A DNA stretch of 64,000 bases, from the IMG/VR virus record IMGVR_UViG_3300030376_007544, positions 32,001 to 96,000 of that record, one strand, 5' to 3'. The notes beneath the pieces are model-generated. The model had not been told where the DNA came from. It searched no databases and was given only the letters and a program-made list of their open reading frames with translations. The stretch comes from a virus (taxonomy: Duplodnaviria; Caudoviricetes). The position numbers and the translations under genes are program-made. This document shows positions 1-9,119 of the stretch, piece after piece. Each line of letters starts with the position of its first letter. The stretch's first letter is position 1.

Positions 1-495
1 GAACCCACAAATCCCCACATAGCTGGGGCTTACACTATATGGGTGCCTGAGTATATGCATTCCTTGGTGCAAGCAATGGAAAAATCAACTAATCTTTACT
101 GGTTGACCACTTGGAGGGAGAAGGCAAACGAGTTTGTTTCTCCAATACTGGGAACATCTCAGGATATTCCAGTAATCACTGACGGTGGCCCCATGAGATC
201 TGTTGAGTGGAAGTTTCCGGCTTGCCTACCTTTAGCAAAAGCGTTAAAGGCTAATGGCGAAGAAATCTTTTGGATTGAAGATTTTCATGGAATGACTCAA
301 AAAGAGCATGAGGACTACCTAACATACATAGACACGGACACAAAGAGCGAAGGCGTACTATTGCCTCAGCACCTTCCAGAAGCCCTTCTAAGCCACTTAG
401 TGGACGAAGGTGGGTATGATGGTCCTATGCACGTAGAAGCCCCTACAACAGTCAGAACAAGTCGTATGGGCGCTAGAAACTTTTGGATTGAGTAA
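1..495 (+). CDS. HAD-superfamily (Swiss-army-knife type) protein, 5'-truncated at window edge
   Basis: Frame is open from base 1; WLTTW and WIED motifs resemble HAD_SAK proteins. Confidence 0.5.
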   Translation, partial: EPTNPHIAGAYTIWVPEYMHSLVQAMEKSTNLYWLTTWREKANEFVSPILGTSQDIPVITDGGPMRSVEWKFPACLPLAKALKANGEEIFWIEDFHGMTQKEHEDYLTYIDTDTKSEGVLLPQHLPEALLSHLVDEGGYDGPMHVEAPTTVRTSRMGARNFWIE

Positions 496-1178
496 TGTCT
501 CAAGTTCAGGTACTAGATGACGGCTTTGTTCGCCTAGACGCATGTGATGCAACAGACTTAAGTGTTGTTAATGCTGCAAGAGTTAGTTTCGGAATGAAAA
601 GTGAGGAACTTAGCGAAAAAGACAAAGGTTTAATTGGTTTTCTTATGCGAGAAAAGCATGGAACCCCATTTGAACACAACTTTTTTAGGTTTCACATTAA
701 AGCGCCAATTTTCGTAGCAAGGGAATGGTTTAGGCATCGCATTGGTTGGTCATACAACGAGTATTCAGGAAGATACTCTGAAATGCCAAAAGAAGCATAT
801 ATGCCTTTACCAGAACAAATCCGAACTCAAGTCGGAAAACCAGGCGCATACACGTTTGAACCGATGGAAGATTGGTCAGCACAGATGGCTTTAAAAGCTA
901 TTGAAGATGGATACTACGAAGCATTTGATAGATATGACTATCTTCTTTCTATCGGAGTAGCCAAAGAAGTTGCAAGACTTGTAATACCTGTAGGAGGGTA
1001 TACAGAGTTTTATGCCACAACAAATGCACGAGCGTTAATGAACTTCATAAATTTACGAGGCGACAGCAATGCGCAATGGGAAATACAGCAGTACGCTAAC
1101 GAATTAGAAAACGTATTTGAAAGGCAAATGCCAGTAACACACGGGCACTTCGCAGAGAATGGATACGTTGCACCATAG
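495..1178 (+). CDS. thyX: FAD-dependent thymidylate synthase
   Basis: ThyX signature RHRxxxSxNExSxRY; HGTPFEH; AQWEI. Confidence 0.96.
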   Translation: MSQVQVLDDGFVRLDACDATDLSVVNAARVSFGMKSEELSEKDKGLIGFLMREKHGTPFEHNFFRFHIKAPIFVAREWFRHRIGWSYNEYSGRYSEMPKEAYMPLPEQIRTQVGKPGAYTFEPMEDWSAQMALKAIEDGYYEAFDRYDYLLSIGVAKEVARLVIPVGGYTEFYATTNARALMNFINLRGDSNAQWEIQQYANELENVFERQMPVTHGHFAENGYVAP

Positions 1179-1250
1179 CCCTGTTCGTCTAGAGGCCTAG
1201 GACGCCACCCTCTCAAGGTGGTAGCACGGGTTCAAATCCCGTACAGGGTA
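1178..1250 (+). tRNA. tRNA-Glu(CTC), CCA not encoded
   Basis: Acceptor stem GCCCTGT/ACAGGGT; anticodon arm CCACC-CTCTCAA-GGTGG; T arm ACGGG-TTCAAAT-CCCGT. Confidence 0.95.
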
Positions 1251-1280
1251 CTAAAACATAAGATAAAGTTTTATAAAAAC

Positions 1281-1309
1281 TTGACAAACATAGAAAAGTA
1301 TGCTAATGT
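1281..1309 (+). promoter_or_regulatory. sigma70-type promoter
   Basis: TTGACA-17 bp-TAATGT with extended TG. Confidence 0.75.
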
Positions 1310-1321
1310 GGCATACAGGAG

Positions 1322-2269
1322 GTGAATTATATGAACAAATCACTAAATTACAAATTATATTACAACGAAAAATACACAGGGGCAAAACATGCCTTTGACA
1401 CAACACGCAAAAGCAAAAGCATTGCAGAAGCGTTAGGTGAGGACAACGTGGTAGACCATACTGCGTACATATCTACTTACGACTGGTTAGAGCTTGCTAA
1501 TCATTGGATTGCTCGCTCAATATCGCCCAGATACTATCGTGCCCTTCAAACAGGGGACAGCCCACTAAGTTCAAGCAATGGATTTTCTTGGGACAAAGGT
1601 ATTTGGGAGATGGCGTTAAACTCAACGGCTGGCGTTATGGCAGCGGTTGAATCTGCTTTAGCCTACAAAGTAGCAGGAAGCCTATCTTCAGGACTGCATC
1701 ACGCAGACACTGAAGGAGGAATGGGCTTCTGTACAGTCAATGGCCTTGCTGTGGCAGCAAACTGGATACTCAACGGGGTATTCCAAGTTGATAACGGCTT
1801 CGACAGCAAACTCAATGTCAATCATGTTACAATACTTGACTTTGACGCACACAATGGTGGTGGAACAGTACACTCGCTTAGAGCGTTAGAAATAGATGAC
1901 AGAGTAGATCAATACGATCTATCTACAAACACTTTTGACTCATACCGAGAAGACGACAACCACACAATTGCCATCGCAAACAATGACGATGAATACCTAA
2001 ACACAGTGGCCGTAATTTTGGAAACAATGAATCAAGATACTGACATCGTGTTGTACAATGCAGGCACAGATCCATACCCAGAAATATCACACGAGGCTCT
2101 AGCAGAAAGAGACAAACTCGTATTTGATTACTGTGTACAGAATGACATACCATGTGCATTCGTACTAGCAGGAGGGTACACTTGGGGACAAGAAATGGAT
2201 AGCCTTGTTCAAAGTCACGTAAACACTATCTATGCCGCAGAAGACGCATTAGTAGTAGAAAGGGTCTAA
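1322..2269 (+). CDS. Zn-dependent histone-deacetylase-family amidohydrolase
   Basis: GLHHA, GFC, DFDAHNGGG, NAGTD and GGY motifs. Confidence 0.88.
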   Translation: MNYMNKSLNYKLYYNEKYTGAKHAFDTTRKSKSIAEALGEDNVVDHTAYISTYDWLELANHWIARSISPRYYRALQTGDSPLSSSNGFSWDKGIWEMALNSTAGVMAAVESALAYKVAGSLSSGLHHADTEGGMGFCTVNGLAVAANWILNGVFQVDNGFDSKLNVNHVTILDFDAHNGGGTVHSLRALEIDDRVDQYDLSTNTFDSYREDDNHTIAIANNDDEYLNTVAVILETMNQDTDIVLYNAGTDPYPEISHEALAERDKLVFDYCVQNDIPCAFVLAGGYTWGQEMDSLVQSHVNTIYAAEDALVVERV

Positions 2270-2270
2270 T

Positions 2271-2597
2271 ATGGGAATGCTAGAAAAAGTCGTTCACGGC
2301 TTAGAAGAAAGCAACCCAGATGCACTACTGGCTGATAACATTGAAGATGCTTTAGTGGGAATAGCAATAATACATATCGATGGGGAACGACGACATTTGG
2401 CAGCTTACTCAATGCAAAAAGTAATTGAAGTATTTATGCGAGATAGAGGACTTTCTTACGAAGACGCCTATGAGTTGGCAACCGTTGACACCATGAGCGC
2501 CTATGTTGGGGATCATACCCCAATCTACATAGATGAACTAAGAGAAATAAACGTCCCCATCGAATTATTGCCACCGGAAGAAATGTATGAACTTTAA
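2271..2597 (+). CDS. hypothetical phage protein
   Basis: Tightly packed ORF in the operon; ALLADxxEDALVG motif. Confidence 0.7.
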   Translation: MGMLEKVVHGLEESNPDALLADNIEDALVGIAIIHIDGERRHLAAYSMQKVIEVFMRDRGLSYEDAYELATVDTMSAYVGDHTPIYIDELREINVPIELLPPEEMYEL

Positions 2598-2753
2598 ATT
2601 TTGGAAAGAGTGGGCCGTAGTTGATACTGATCTGAAAACCATTGTTTACAGAGGAAAGCGAGACGACTGTCTCTACATTATTGAATACACACCCTCAAGA
2701 CACAGGTTCTTAAAAACAATGCCACTACATGAAGCAGAGGAGTTGCTAGAAAC

Positions 2754-3875
2754 ATGGAACAATTAGAGTTAATAGAAACATCACAAAGTGTAATTGAACT
2801 AAAGTCTAAGGTTCCCCATGACGAGTATACTGAAAAGTTGGCTGAGTTTTTTGACTTTCGCTTTGAGGGAGAAGTGGTTAGTGAAATCAAAACACTACCA
2901 AAACTACCAGAAACTTTCGGAATTGGAGCAATTATTGGTCCAAGTGGTAGTGGTAAGTCCACACTTTTGAAATCCCTAAACGAAAACTCTAATCTGAACA
3001 AGCCTGAATGGGATAGTACAAAGTCAGTTATTGCTCACTTTGATACCCCAGAAGAAGGCATAGATAAGTTTGCAGCTGTAGGATTTAATTCAATACCACA
3101 AATGACTCTACCTTATGACAAACTCTCAAACGGAGAGCAGTTTCGTTGTGATCTAGCACGGCAACTAAAAGATAACGCACTAATAGACGAATACACGTCA
3201 GTAGTAAACCGAGATGTTGCTTATTCCACATCAAACGCATTTAAAAGATATGTCACTAAAAACGACTTACAAGGAATCGTGGTAGCATCATGCCATTACG
3301 ACATCTTAGAATGGTTACGACCAGACTGGGTATTTGATACTTTCACAGGTAACTTCTACTCAGGGAGGTATCTTCGGCGACCATCAATACAAATTGACAT
3401 ATACCGAACAACTCATCACTTCTGGGACACTTTTAAAAAGCATCACTATCTAAGCACAAGCCTAAACAAAGCATCACATTGTTATGTGGGCATATGGCAA
3501 GATAATCTTGTAGCCTTCGGATCAGTTTTACGTTACCCAAGTGGAACAGTTAAAAACGGCTGGAGAGCGCACAGGACAGTAGTACTGCCAGACTTTCAAG
3601 GACTAGGCATAGGAAACCGCTTCTCAGACGCAATAGGGCAACACTACGTAGACGAAGGCGGAAGATACTTCTCTAGGACAGCGCACCCAAGCATGGGTAA
3701 CTATAGAGAGCGATCAGAACTATGGAGAGCTACTAGTAAAAACAGAAAGTTACGAAAAGACATAAAACACGAAAACGTTTGGAAGAATCACTACGCAGAC
3801 AACACTCGAATATGTTGGTCACACGAATATACAGGATTGACAAAATTAGAAGAATCGAATAAACTAAAATCATGA
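2754..3875 (+). CDS. ABC-type ATPase fused to a GNAT (Mom-like) acyltransferase
   Basis: Walker A GPSGSGKST, LSNGE signature, IDE Walker B; C-terminal RTVVLPDFQGLGIG acetyl-CoA motif. Confidence 0.85.
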   Translation: MEQLELIETSQSVIELKSKVPHDEYTEKLAEFFDFRFEGEVVSEIKTLPKLPETFGIGAIIGPSGSGKSTLLKSLNENSNLNKPEWDSTKSVIAHFDTPEEGIDKFAAVGFNSIPQMTLPYDKLSNGEQFRCDLARQLKDNALIDEYTSVVNRDVAYSTSNAFKRYVTKNDLQGIVVASCHYDILEWLRPDWVFDTFTGNFYSGRYLRRPSIQIDIYRTTHHFWDTFKKHHYLSTSLNKASHCYVGIWQDNLVAFGSVLRYPSGTVKNGWRAHRTVVLPDFQGLGIGNRFSDAIGQHYVDEGGRYFSRTAHPSMGNYRERSELWRATSKNRKLRKDIKHENVWKNHYADNTRICWSHEYTGLTKLEESNKLKS

Positions 3876-4729
3876 AACAAACGCTTAAACTTGCAAGTAT
3901 ATGCTCAGGATATGGAGGTCTAGACTTATCAGTCGAACGCCACTTCAAAAACAAAGGCTTTGACGTAGAGACAGTTTGGTTTGTGGAAAAAGACAAAAAA
4001 TGCAGTCAAATTTTAAGCCATCATTGGCCAGATGTCCCCAACTATGGAGATGTCAAAACTGTGGATTGGGAAACAGTTTCTCAACCAGATATAATGGTAG
4101 CGGGCTACCCGTGCCAGCCGTTCTCAGTTGCCGGGAACAGATTAGGAGAAAAAGATGAAAGATCAATCTTTGAATACATCGCCGAAGGCATATCTACACT
4201 CAGACCAAAATGGGTCATCTTGGAGAATGTACAAGGACACCTCTCTTTGGGAGGAGCAAACGTCACTTCAGAAGTTGCCCGCCTGGGGTACAGTCTCCGG
4301 TACGGAATTGTACGAGCAAGTGATGCCGGAGCTCCTCACAGACGTGCGAGATGGTTCTGCATTGCTACCGACTCCAGTTGTGAACGATATGGGTCGGGGG
4401 AAGACGATACAGAAGTGGGACGAGTTGCTGGCGAAGTGGAAAGCGAAGCACAACAACAACGGACATGGCAAAAGCCTGTCCATAGAGTTCCAAAAGATTA
4501 TGGAGAATACGCAACAGCAATTGAGAGGTGGGAACGAATCACAAGACCTGCCCCAGACGAACTCTTCGACGACGACGGAGCACACTCCCTCTTTGTAGAA
4601 TGGATGATGGGACTGCCAGAAGGTTGGGTAACCGGACACGGACTAACCAGAAGTGCAGAACTAAAAATGCTCGGCAATGGAGTAGTCGTACAACAAGGCG
4701 AACTTGCGTTAAAACTACTAGACAATTAA
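3872..4729 (+). CDS. DNA (cytosine-5) methyltransferase
   Basis: Motifs I CSGYGG, IV GYPCQPFS, VI ENV, VIII HRRARWF, IX EWMMGLPEGW, X LGNGV. Confidence 0.92.
   Translation: MKQTLKLASICSGYGGLDLSVERHFKNKGFDVETVWFVEKDKKCSQILSHHWPDVPNYGDVKTVDWETVSQPDIMVAGYPCQPFSVAGNRLGEKDERSIFEYIAEGISTLRPKWVILENVQGHLSLGGANVTSEVARLGYSLRYGIVRASDAGAPHRRARWFCIATDSSCERYGSGEDDTEVGRVAGEVESEAQQQRTWQKPVHRVPKDYGEYATAIERWERITRPAPDELFDDDGAHSLFVEWMMGLPEGWVTGHGLTRSAELKMLGNGVVVQQGELALKLLDN
4155..4598 (+). CDS. out-of-frame ORF nested in the C5-methyltransferase, possible second polypeptide
   Basis: 147-aa ORF in the +1 frame, AGGAG upstream of the ATG, LLPTP motif. Confidence 0.5.
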   Translation: MKDQSLNTSPKAYLHSDQNGSSWRMYKDTSLWEEQTSLQKLPAWGTVSGTELYEQVMPELLTDVRDGSALLPTPVVNDMGRGKTIQKWDELLAKWKAKHNNNGHGKSLSIEFQKIMENTQQQLRGGNESQDLPQTNSSTTTEHTPSL

Positions 4730-4744
4730 AACAAAGGTAACGAC

Positions 4745-5335
4745 ATGAGAATACTAATAGCATGCGAATATTCAGCGACAGTAAGAGAAGCCTTCGCCAA
4801 AAAGGGTCACGACGTAATGAGTTGCGATATTGAACCCACAGATGTTCCAGGACCACACTACCAAGGTGACATTTTCGACGTCCTATACCAAGACTGGGAC
4901 ATGATGATCGCACACCCACCATGCACTTACCTCAGTAACGCTGGGGCACGCTTTCTTTACCCAGGTGGAAAAGAAAATGGCATGAATATGGAACGATACG
5001 AAAAAGGAATGGAAGCAAGAGAATTCTTCATGAAACTCTATGATGCTAATCACATACCCAAAATCTGTGTAGAGAACCCAATAAGTAGCAAGGTATTTGA
5101 ACTACCCACCCACACACAGACAATACAACCATACGAATATGGACACCCATTCAAAAAAGCGACACGCCTATGGCTAAAAGGGCTACCGCCACTAGAACCT
5201 ACAAATATAGTAGACACATCGCAAAGCACAAAAGTTCCTGGAAACTGGTTTAACAAGGGTGGAAAAGAACGACAGAAAAACAGAAGTAAGTTTTTTGACG
5301 GATTTGCAGATGCCATGGCAGAGCAATGGGGATAA
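4745..5335 (+). CDS. short phage cytosine-methyltransferase-like protein
   Basis: ACEYS SAM-binding start, HPPC catalytic motif, ENP, K-T-LW. Confidence 0.8.
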   Translation: MRILIACEYSATVREAFAKKGHDVMSCDIEPTDVPGPHYQGDIFDVLYQDWDMMIAHPPCTYLSNAGARFLYPGGKENGMNMERYEKGMEAREFFMKLYDANHIPKICVENPISSKVFELPTHTQTIQPYEYGHPFKKATRLWLKGLPPLEPTNIVDTSQSTKVPGNWFNKGGKERQKNRSKFFDGFADAMAEQWG

Positions 5336-5856
5336 CGCTCCCATCAAAGCAGTACGAAGTTGTTTATGCGGATCCCCCTTGGAAGTACAAGGAGAACTGG
5401 GGCAACGGAGCTGCTGAGTGGACATATCCTACAATGACTAACGAAGACATTATAAACATGCCAGTAAAAGAAATCCTCGCAGACCAAGCCCACCTATATT
5501 TATGGGTAACAAACCCATTTATTAAAACAGGTCTAGAAGTATGTGAAGAATGGGGATTTGAGTACAAAACACTCCTAACATGGATAAAGACATACAAAGA
5601 TGGAACACCAGAGATGGGAATGGGGTACTACTTTAGAGGTTGCACCGAACATATCATCTTTGGAGTTAAAGGCAAGAAGAAAATCTTAAACAAAACAACT
5701 AAAAACATGTTTCAAGAGATCAATCCTAGAAAGCATAGCCAAAAACCTGCAAGTACACGAGATATGATTGTAGAATGCTCAGGCGATGTACCACGAATAG
5801 AACTCTTTGCTAGACAAACAGTAGACGGCTGGGACAGTTGGGGTAACGAAGTATGA
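5326..5856 (+). CDS. MT-A70-family N6-adenine methyltransferase
   Basis: ADPPW, LYLWVT, HSQKP and IELFAR motifs. Confidence 0.92.
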   Translation: MGITLPSKQYEVVYADPPWKYKENWGNGAAEWTYPTMTNEDIINMPVKEILADQAHLYLWVTNPFIKTGLEVCEEWGFEYKTLLTWIKTYKDGTPEMGMGYYFRGCTEHIIFGVKGKKKILNKTTKNMFQEINPRKHSQKPASTRDMIVECSGDVPRIELFARQTVDGWDSWGNEV

Positions 5857-7739
5857 AAACTCTAACCCTAGACAATGATAAACTTGCACTAAAGACTCCC
5901 TACGACAAAGACGAAGTAGAAGCACTAAAACACAGTTTCCCACAAGCACGTTGGGATCGCTTAAATAAAGTGTGGACACTCCCAATTACCAACCTACCGA
6001 AAGCAATTGAATTTGCAGAAGCGTGGGGAATAACAGTAGCTGACGACCTGATGCGTTTACAACTTCCAGATCACCCCATCGGACGAACTTCCATAAGACT
6101 CAAAAACGGAAAACTCAAAATACGGCTTCCTTACGAGCCGGTACAAGTTACCGCCCTCAAGACAATTCCCGGAATACAGTGGGATCCAAACAAAAGTGAA
6201 TGGTCTGCACCCTACAAAACAGTCCACGACTTAATGCAATGGGCGGCCAACTTTGACATACCAGTCCCAGAGGGCATAAAAGAGCAGGCAGAAATAGAAC
6301 TACGGCAAGCACAACACTCCCAAGACCTAGCAAACGCCGAAACAGCCAATATAACCGTACCAAACCTACAATTAGAACTTTACCCCTACCAAAAAGCAGG
6401 AGTAGCGTACGCAACAGAAAAACAACGATGCTTTATCGCTGACGAAATGGGTTTAGGTAAATCACTACAAGCCTTAGCCGTAACAGAATACACAGATCAA
6501 TATCCAGCGTTAATCATCTGTCCATCAAGCCTCACCGAAGATTGGAACACAAAAATCAAAGAGGCATTGCCAAATCGCACAACTCAAACCATACAGGGAC
6601 GCAAAACCCCCAATATGACTGAAACCGATTACACCATAATTGGCTACCCAAACATACATGCACAAAAACCTCACTTAAATCAACAAAACTACAATACGTT
6701 GATACTCGACGAGTCACACTACTGCAAAAACAGAACCGCCCAAAGAACGAAGGCTGCAAAAAACTTAGCCAAGAATATACCACCAACAGGAAACGTATTA
6801 CTCCTAACAGGGACACCGATCACCAACAGGCCATCAGAATATGCGCCACAACTTGAAATAATTCAAAAAATAGACGAATTTGGCGGATTATGGAACTTTT
6901 ACAAACGCTACTGTGATGCCTACAAAGATCAGTGGGGGCATTGGCAGATCTACGGGTCAAGTAACTTAAAAGAACTCCATAACAAGCTCAAAACCCATTG
7001 TTACATACGAAGGGAAAAGCAAGACGTCCTACCAGACCTTCCACCAATCACCTACAGCACGATAACCACTCAAATGGCACCAAAGTACCGCAAAGAGTAC
7101 AATCACGCCCTACAGGACCTGCAAGATTGGTACATGCAACAACAAGAACAACTCGCAGAACAAAACGGCGGAAACCCAACAGCAGCAGGGATCAGAGCGC
7201 ACTATGCAGCCCAAAACTACGAAACCTTGATCCAACTTACCGCTCTTCGACAAATTACCGCCAAAGCGAAACTCACCCACGCCATTGAATGGGTACAAAA
7301 CGCAAATGATCAGGGACACAAGATAGTCATAGCAGCCCACCACCGAGACATAGTACAATCTCTCTCGGCAGAACTCAACTCCCCAATGATAATTGGAGGA
7401 CAAACCCCCCAAAAGACTGAAACCGCAAAACACGAATTTATGACTAATACAAACTGCATGAATATCGTTATAAGTATAACTGCAGCAGCACACGGACACA
7501 CCCTAACAGCAGCAAGCAACATGCTTATACTAGAAGCGCCTTGGACACCAGCTCAGTACCATCAAACAACGGCTAGAATCCACAGGATCGGACAAGATGA
7601 CAACGTTACAATCCATAACCTCATCATACCTAATACCATAGATCAACATATCTACAACACACTAGACAAGAAAACCCAGAACACCCAACCAGCCATAACG
7701 AATAGTACAATCCAAAAGATACTGGAAAGTACAATTTGA
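5853..7739 (+). CDS. SNF2-family helicase with two N-terminal HARP-like repeats
   Basis: DEMGLGKS, DESH, TGTP, RIHRIGQ; two PY...LK...W...W repeats at the N-terminus. Confidence 0.9.
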   Translation: MKTLTLDNDKLALKTPYDKDEVEALKHSFPQARWDRLNKVWTLPITNLPKAIEFAEAWGITVADDLMRLQLPDHPIGRTSIRLKNGKLKIRLPYEPVQVTALKTIPGIQWDPNKSEWSAPYKTVHDLMQWAANFDIPVPEGIKEQAEIELRQAQHSQDLANAETANITVPNLQLELYPYQKAGVAYATEKQRCFIADEMGLGKSLQALAVTEYTDQYPALIICPSSLTEDWNTKIKEALPNRTTQTIQGRKTPNMTETDYTIIGYPNIHAQKPHLNQQNYNTLILDESHYCKNRTAQRTKAAKNLAKNIPPTGNVLLLTGTPITNRPSEYAPQLEIIQKIDEFGGLWNFYKRYCDAYKDQWGHWQIYGSSNLKELHNKLKTHCYIRREKQDVLPDLPPITYSTITTQMAPKYRKEYNHALQDLQDWYMQQQEQLAEQNGGNPTAAGIRAHYAAQNYETLIQLTALRQITAKAKLTHAIEWVQNANDQGHKIVIAAHHRDIVQSLSAELNSPMIIGGQTPQKTETAKHEFMTNTNCMNIVISITAAAHGHTLTAASNMLILEAPWTPAQYHQTTARIHRIGQDDNVTIHNLIIPNTIDQHIYNTLDKKTQNTQPAITNSTIQKILESTI

Positions 7740-7847
7740 GTCAGTTCGCTGAAAAATGTGTCACGTTACCTCCCGGTACAGAAGTTCGTCGCCGAAAAGT
7801 TCCGAACAAGTCCCGACCTTGTGAAAAATTTCACTAAGTTTCGAGCT

Positions 7848-7999
7848 AAGTTACCCGGCAGTAACTTAAAAATGACAAGTTACCCGGGAGTAACTTATGA
7901 AAAATGACGAAAACTTAAGTTACCAGGAAGTAACTTACGAAAACTTAAGTTACCCGGCAGTAACTTATCAAAATTTACGAAGTTACCCGGCAGTAACTT
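7848..7999. repeat. five copies of the palindrome AAGTTAC-N6-GTAACTT
   Basis: Copies at 7848, 7877, 7917, 7947, 7980; a sixth at 14166. Confidence 0.9.
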
Positions 8000-8473
8000 A
8001 TCGAAGCTCGAACGCCCAGGGGTGATTCCTCCCCTTGCCAGTGGGGAGGAACTTTTGGTGTTACTTCTTCGGAGGGATTGCACCTCTTAAGATTATGAAC
8101 CAAACTGTGCAGAACCCTATTGGTCCTACTAGTGCGAATAATGTATCCACTTTGTTTCTCTTTCTATGTGATTGTGACTTTCACAACCTCACACCTTCCA
8201 GGATAACTGCTAAAAACAGAAATACCAACCTCTAAAAAAGAAATTTCTAATATTTAAATTTCTTCTATTTGAGGTTGCAAATTAGACATTTATCAGATAC
8301 TCGACCTGTTAGATTTTGAGCAGCTTTTGAGTAGCAGTAAAAAACAGAAATACCAACCTCAAAACCTAAAAAAAGAAATATCAAGATTTCTTTTTTTAGA
8401 GGTTGGTATTCGCCTGGTGAATCTGTATCCTGGTATATGTGAGGTTGAAAGTCAACTCCACAGAAAGGAATAA

Positions 8474-8698
8474 GTGAGACACTTATTAACGTTTACTAGA
8501 ATGATCGCACAAGAGATCAGACTAGTAATCACAAAGGTGCTAGATCTTCTAGCAACTCCATATTGGAGAGTTTACAACAAACTACACAATAGGAGGTACA
8601 GAAGAGAAAACCCCGAAAGGTTTGATCGACTAACTGGCGAGATGTTAGTTTTTGATCCTAGATCAGAAACATACAAAAGACTAGAGGAACTAGTCTAA
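8474..8698 (+). CDS. small hypothetical protein
   Basis: AAAGGA ribosome-binding site, GTG start, hairpin downstream. Confidence 0.6.
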   Translation: MRHLLTFTRMIAQEIRLVITKVLDLLATPYWRVYNKLHNRRYRRENPERFDRLTGEMLVFDPRSETYKRLEELV

Positions 8699-8847
8699 TC
8701 GCAGAGGAGGCGCCCCTCGCAAGAGGGGCAACTCTTCACTACATAGAACACCTAGACAACCCTAGAGCGTTCAGAGTCCCCTAGAGGGCTAGAATACCTC
8801 TCTGAAATATAGAGGGGGGAGGGGAACCTGGGCGCTTTTATCTAACT

Positions 8848-8890
8848 TTGTGAAAACTTTCACAAACTTACTTTGTGAAAACTTTCACAA
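8848..8890. promoter_or_regulatory. two tandem Rex-type operators TTGTGAA-N4-TTCACAA
   Basis: Perfect copies at 8848-8865 and 8873-8890; others at 7819, 12662, 18479. Confidence 0.75.
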
Positions 8891-8896
8891 ACTTTT

Positions 8897-9119
8897 GTTA
8901 AGTTTGCTTAACTTTGTTCGTGAAGTTCGCCTAACTCGATAAGTTAAGTTTGCTTAACTTTGTTAGTTAAGTTCGCCTAACTTTTTCTGTTAAGTTTGCC
9001 TAACATAAAATGTTAAGTTTGCTTAACATAAAATGTTAAGTCAGCCTAACAAAAAATGTTAGCTTAGCCTAACATCAAATGTTAGCTTAGCCTAACATCG
9101 AATGTGAGGCATGCCTAAC
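8897..9119. repeat. ten copies of GTTAR-N6-YTAAC at an exact 23-bp period (DtxR/MntR-box-like)
   Basis: Starts at 8897, 8920, 8943, 8966, 8989, 9012, 9035, 9058, 9081, 9104. Confidence 0.9.

Noticed and set aside
1178-1250. tRNA as a prophage attachment site
   Set aside because: No integrase or duplicated tRNA 3' end seen, and phage-type genes lie on both sides
8897-9119. CRISPR array
   Set aside because: The period is only 23 bp with 7-bp linkers; there are no spacer-sized unique sequences and no cas genes
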